A DNA stretch of 64,000 bases, taken from Tubulanus polymorphus (taxonomy: Eukaryota; Animalia; Nemertea). How positions within the stretch are numbered: position 1 is the first letter of the stretch; each line of letters begins with the position of its first letter. Shown one piece after another: positions 60,523 to 64,000 of this stretch. Under the pieces are notes generated by a model. That model saw only the letters and a list, made by a program, of their open reading frames with translations, made no database searches and was not told the origin of the DNA. A program made the position numbers and the translations under genes. Location of the stretch: positions 17,642,150-17,706,149 of the forward strand of contig NC_134026.1 in NCBI RefSeq assembly GCF_964204645.1. Reading direction: 5' to 3'.

Positions 60523-61559
60523 ATATAATCTCGCTCAGTTTTACCAAGGGGAAACCAACCTAAAGGCCTATTTTGAGCCAGTCTACGCAAGATCATGCTA
60601 CAAACTGTGTACAGTATCGAGTCGCACGTTTCCTGTAGCCGTTGACAACAGATCATGGCCATGTTCTTGACAGCTAGTACCATACCTGATGTTTCGTAGC
60701 TGCTGTCCACTGACCACAGAAGCGAATTACATACATCCGAGATATTACATAACTTAGCTTCCTCCCATGATATATAATGAGAATATTATCAGTTGCTAGT
60801 TCAATGTACTTTTTAGTTTTAGTTGTGTGGACATTCTGGTTTTGTTCGGTTTTCGGTGGCTCCCTTAGCTTCATTCGATTCCAGTTTTCCGATTTAGCAC
60901 CATTCAATGAGATTCAGTGAGATTTCAAACTTTCATATGAATCTATTCAAGTCACGAATCTGGTCGAATTGTGCTCGTTTTCTGAGAATTGATTTTTTAT
61001 TTTTATTTTGTCAAATTTAACAATGAGTTAATATACAGGTATATAGCTTATTGATCAATGATGCAAAGAAAATAGATATATATATGTATATATATATTGA
61101 TAGGTATATTTCCTTATTCACGGGATTATCGGGACAGATGACGTCACAGCAATCCCGAAGAGGCATCGCGAATTTTCAAAAATCAATTTTGTTGCCATTT
61201 AAAATCTTTAATGGAGCTAAAACAGTGTCAATGTTTCCAAAAAATCATCTACAATTGAAATTATGGGCGCTCCTATATTTCAGGATTAAAATTGACACTA
61301 AGGACGTACTTCGGCAATCATCGGCAGTGTTCGGCTGTCCCGATAACTGCGGGTAGATTTAAGCATTACGGAGATAGGATCGTTTCCAGCCTTTCTGTAT
61401 AGTATAGCTAAACGACCGGCGCGCGTTGCATCATGGGTAAATTTATTTTAAAACATGGCGGATCTATTAAAGTAGGATTGACGTATCGCTGGTAAATTAT
61501 CAAATATTCATCCATTATCAAAGCCCATATTCAAGTGCCTGTGATTGTAGTAAGGATGT

Positions 61560-62354
61560 TTGTCGCAAAGAAGCATCTCGATTATGGGTACCTGATATCA
61601 ATGCGATTGATATAAGCTTAGTTTCAGGGTTGAATCGGAATATTATAAACGTTGATATTAATAAACACTCCCAACGAGCATTAGTCGATACAGGTGCATC
61701 AATTTCATGTATTGCTAGATCAACGGTCGAAAGGTGTATCAAAAATCCCATATATAGTCATTCGGATATAAACATTATTAGAGGAGTTTGTGGGGAAGCA
61801 CATTCAGTAATTGGTAGAATTGATGTACCCATTTGCATTCAATCTCATGTATTAACGCATAATTTTTATGTATTCGATAGGCTACATACAGATGTCATTC
61901 TAGGACTGGATTTTTTGAAGGAAAACAATGTAAACATTGACTTTGCATCAGGCACAATTGAATTTAAAGATGTTTCGATTCCATTAAAGATTCTTAGGAA
62001 TAAACAAGAGCTGTACAGAAATAAAGCTAAAACGGTTAACATGATAGTTATTTCACCAAATACTAAACAAATAGTTCAAATAAGTGTCGATACGTTGGCG
62101 GAAGGTTCATTGGTTGTTTTTGAACCATACAACCACAAGTTATTGAATAAATGTTTAGGTGGAGGTAAAACATTATGCAAAATCACGGACGGTAAAATTT
62201 TCGCTACTATTGTGAATCCTACTAATGAACCAATTCAAATTTCAAAAGATTATGTGCTTGGATTTGCATACAATGTAACTGACGATGATTGTTTCGATTT
62301 CGCAGATGACAATACTAGTGCAAACATTTTCAGCCAGCCTGCCGATACAACAAC
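61560..62354 (+). pseudogene. Ty3/Gypsy pol fragment (aspartic protease and linker), cut before RT
   Basis: ALVDTGASISCI, VILGLDFL; sequence character changes abruptly at 62355. Confidence 0.8.
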
Positions 62355-62610
62355 AGTAATAGGGGTAATGGGCTTTCAGATCAAAGGTCGAAGGGTCGAG
62401 CTCGTAAAAAATGAAAAACATAAAAATAATAACAATTTCTACTTGAATTACTCGCGAAACTCATAAAAATTAAAAATAAATTCTCACACGCTCGAATTTA
62501 TTTTTCATTTTTACTCGCTAGAAAAAAGTGTGAGTGAAATAATTCATAAATCATTGAATATTTATATTTATATGCGTTGGATTCATTTTGATAAAAGTTT
62601 TGTTATTGAA

Positions 62611-63231
62611 ATGAAGACAGAAGAAGAAGAACCCAACTTTAAAATCGAAATCAATGAAACCAATAAATCATTTTCACAGTTTTACATTAAAAATTATATT
62701 TCAGCAACAAATTTAGTGTCCGCAAGACATTATAAAATCGATAACATAACTATGATTAATCAAATATTATCAAATGAAACATATTTACTCACTGAACTAG
62801 TAGATACTTTTGATAATGGTGTTAAAAATCCTAAAGTATTCAATACAGTTTTAAATTTTAAAGGAACTTTAGATGAAAACATAATTAATATTCTTAAAAC
62901 TCCTTTCAATGAAAGAAATGATGATATAATACTTTCAAAAGATTACAATGATTTGATTAACTTAAGAATTGAAAAAAGACAATTATATTATTTCAATTTT
63001 GATAATAAACAAATTATCTATAATGAAAATTCATCAAATATTGGCATTCAATGTGAATTAGATAATGAAAAATCATTTAAAGATATTGCAGTTCAATGTA
63101 ATTTAGATGATGAATTTAGAAAATTCAATCCTAATGAAAAAGTGCATTGTTATTGCGGAGGTAAATATTTAAAATCACATAAATCAAAGCATTATGAAAC
63201 AATTAAACATAAAAACTGGCGTAAAGAGTAA
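62611..63231 (+). CDS. Hypothetical virus-like protein with C-terminal CxC..H..H zinc finger
   Basis: Uninterrupted ORF in very AT-rich DNA; KVHCYCGGKYLKSHKSKHYETIKH; start could be at 62572. Confidence 0.65.
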   Translation: MKTEEEEPNFKIEINETNKSFSQFYIKNYISATNLVSARHYKIDNITMINQILSNETYLLTELVDTFDNGVKNPKVFNTVLNFKGTLDENIINILKTPFNERNDDIILSKDYNDLINLRIEKRQLYYFNFDNKQIIYNENSSNIGIQCELDNEKSFKDIAVQCNLDDEFRKFNPNEKVHCYCGGKYLKSHKSKHYETIKHKNWRKE

Positions 63232-63283
63232 CAATTCTACATTATAATTATTGAATTGAGTTAAATGATTTAAATATCTAATA

Positions 63284-63601
63284 GACTGTTAAAATGATAA
63301 ATTGTTTTACAGTTAAAATGATAAATTGTTTGACAGTTAAAATGATGAATTGTTTGACGGTTGAAATGATAAATTGTTTGGCAGTTGAAATGATAAATTG
63401 TTCGACAGTTGAAATGATAAATTGTTTGACAGTTGAAATGATAAATTGTTAGACAGTTAAAATGATAAATTGTTTGACTGTTGAAATGATAAATTGTTTG
63501 ACTGTTGAAATGATAAATTGTTTGACAGTTGAAATGATAAATTGTTTGACTGTTGAAATGTTAAATTGTTAGACTGTTGAAATGTTAAATTGTTTGGCTG
63601 T
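63284..63601. repeat. 24-bp tandem array (GTTGAAATGATAAATTGTTTGACA), about 13 units
   Basis: Read directly; head-to-tail with no spacers. Confidence 0.92.
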
Positions 63602-63720
63602 AAATTTAATTGTTATTTGATTTAATCATTTAAAGGTTTAATATTTTTAAAATGATTATAAAATATCTAATTAAAAACTAGCAAATATTTTATAAACTGT
63701 TTAATTTTTCTCTTAAATAA

Positions 63721-63939
63721 ATGGATGGTTTCATCCCAACTGGGAAAAGTGATTTGAAACATTATTTAGTTGCTGGAGGTTTAATATTGGCAGCATTATA
63801 TTTTTACTATGAGAATATTTCAAAAGATTTGATGAATGAAAATAATAAATTGAGTAAAAAATTAAAGAAGTTAAATGGAAACAATCACAGAAATAAAAAG
63901 AATAAAAATGTTAATTTAGAAAATGATTTAGAGGATTAA
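63721..63939 (+). CDS. Small putative single-pass membrane protein (72 aa)
   Basis: TAAATAAATG start context; hydrophobic YLVAGGLILAALYFYY then basic and acidic tail; another ORF starts at 63978. Confidence 0.55.
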   Translation: MDGFIPTGKSDLKHYLVAGGLILAALYFYYENISKDLMNENNKLSKKLKKLNGNNHRNKKNKNVNLENDLED

Positions 63940-64000
63940 AACAGCATCTTTTAATTTCATATATTTTGACTATAAAAATGAGTGAAAATATATTCAACTT

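Larger units (their letters stand above)
62355..64000 (+). mobile_element. Candidate left end of a Polinton/Maverick-like or other endogenous DNA virus
   Basis: Starts AGTAATAGGGG..AAAGGTCGAAGGGTCG; sharp shift to AT-rich, intronless, co-oriented small ORFs; no hallmark gene inside the window. Confidence 0.45.

Noticed and set aside
61630-62466. 278-aa ORF as a complete host protease gene
   Set aside because: Gypsy protease fragment whose last ~36 codons read into the unrelated segment starting at 62355
63284-63601. CRISPR-like regular repeat
   Set aside because: Units are contiguous with no unique spacers, and there are no cas genes

Overview
Eukaryotic DNA, probably from a marine invertebrate (inferred from the TE repertoire); no prokaryotic operons, CRISPR arrays, rRNA or tRNA genes were found. 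From 1268 to 32788 lie 13 phase-consistent GT-AG exons forming the 3' part (~1235 aa) of a NO VEIN-like gene that ends in a DUF3883/NOV_C PD-(D/E)xK nuclease domain. Its introns hold several non-autonomous Helentron-type (HINE/DINE-like) families, MITEs, piggyBac relics and a decayed DIRS element, which is split by a very young, full-length BEL/Pao LTR retrotransposon. Downstream is a nested TE cluster: a Sola1-like transposon, a CR1-like fragment, an endonuclease-bearing Helentron interrupted by a long-TIR foldback element, and a second DIRS split by a near full-length L2/Crack-like LINE. An L1-like ORF1 fragment and a Gypsy protease fragment follow. At 62355 the Gypsy fragment is cut by an AT-rich, virus-like segment, possibly a Polinton/Maverick left end, which runs off the window. 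All family assignments come from motifs read by eye, not database searches.
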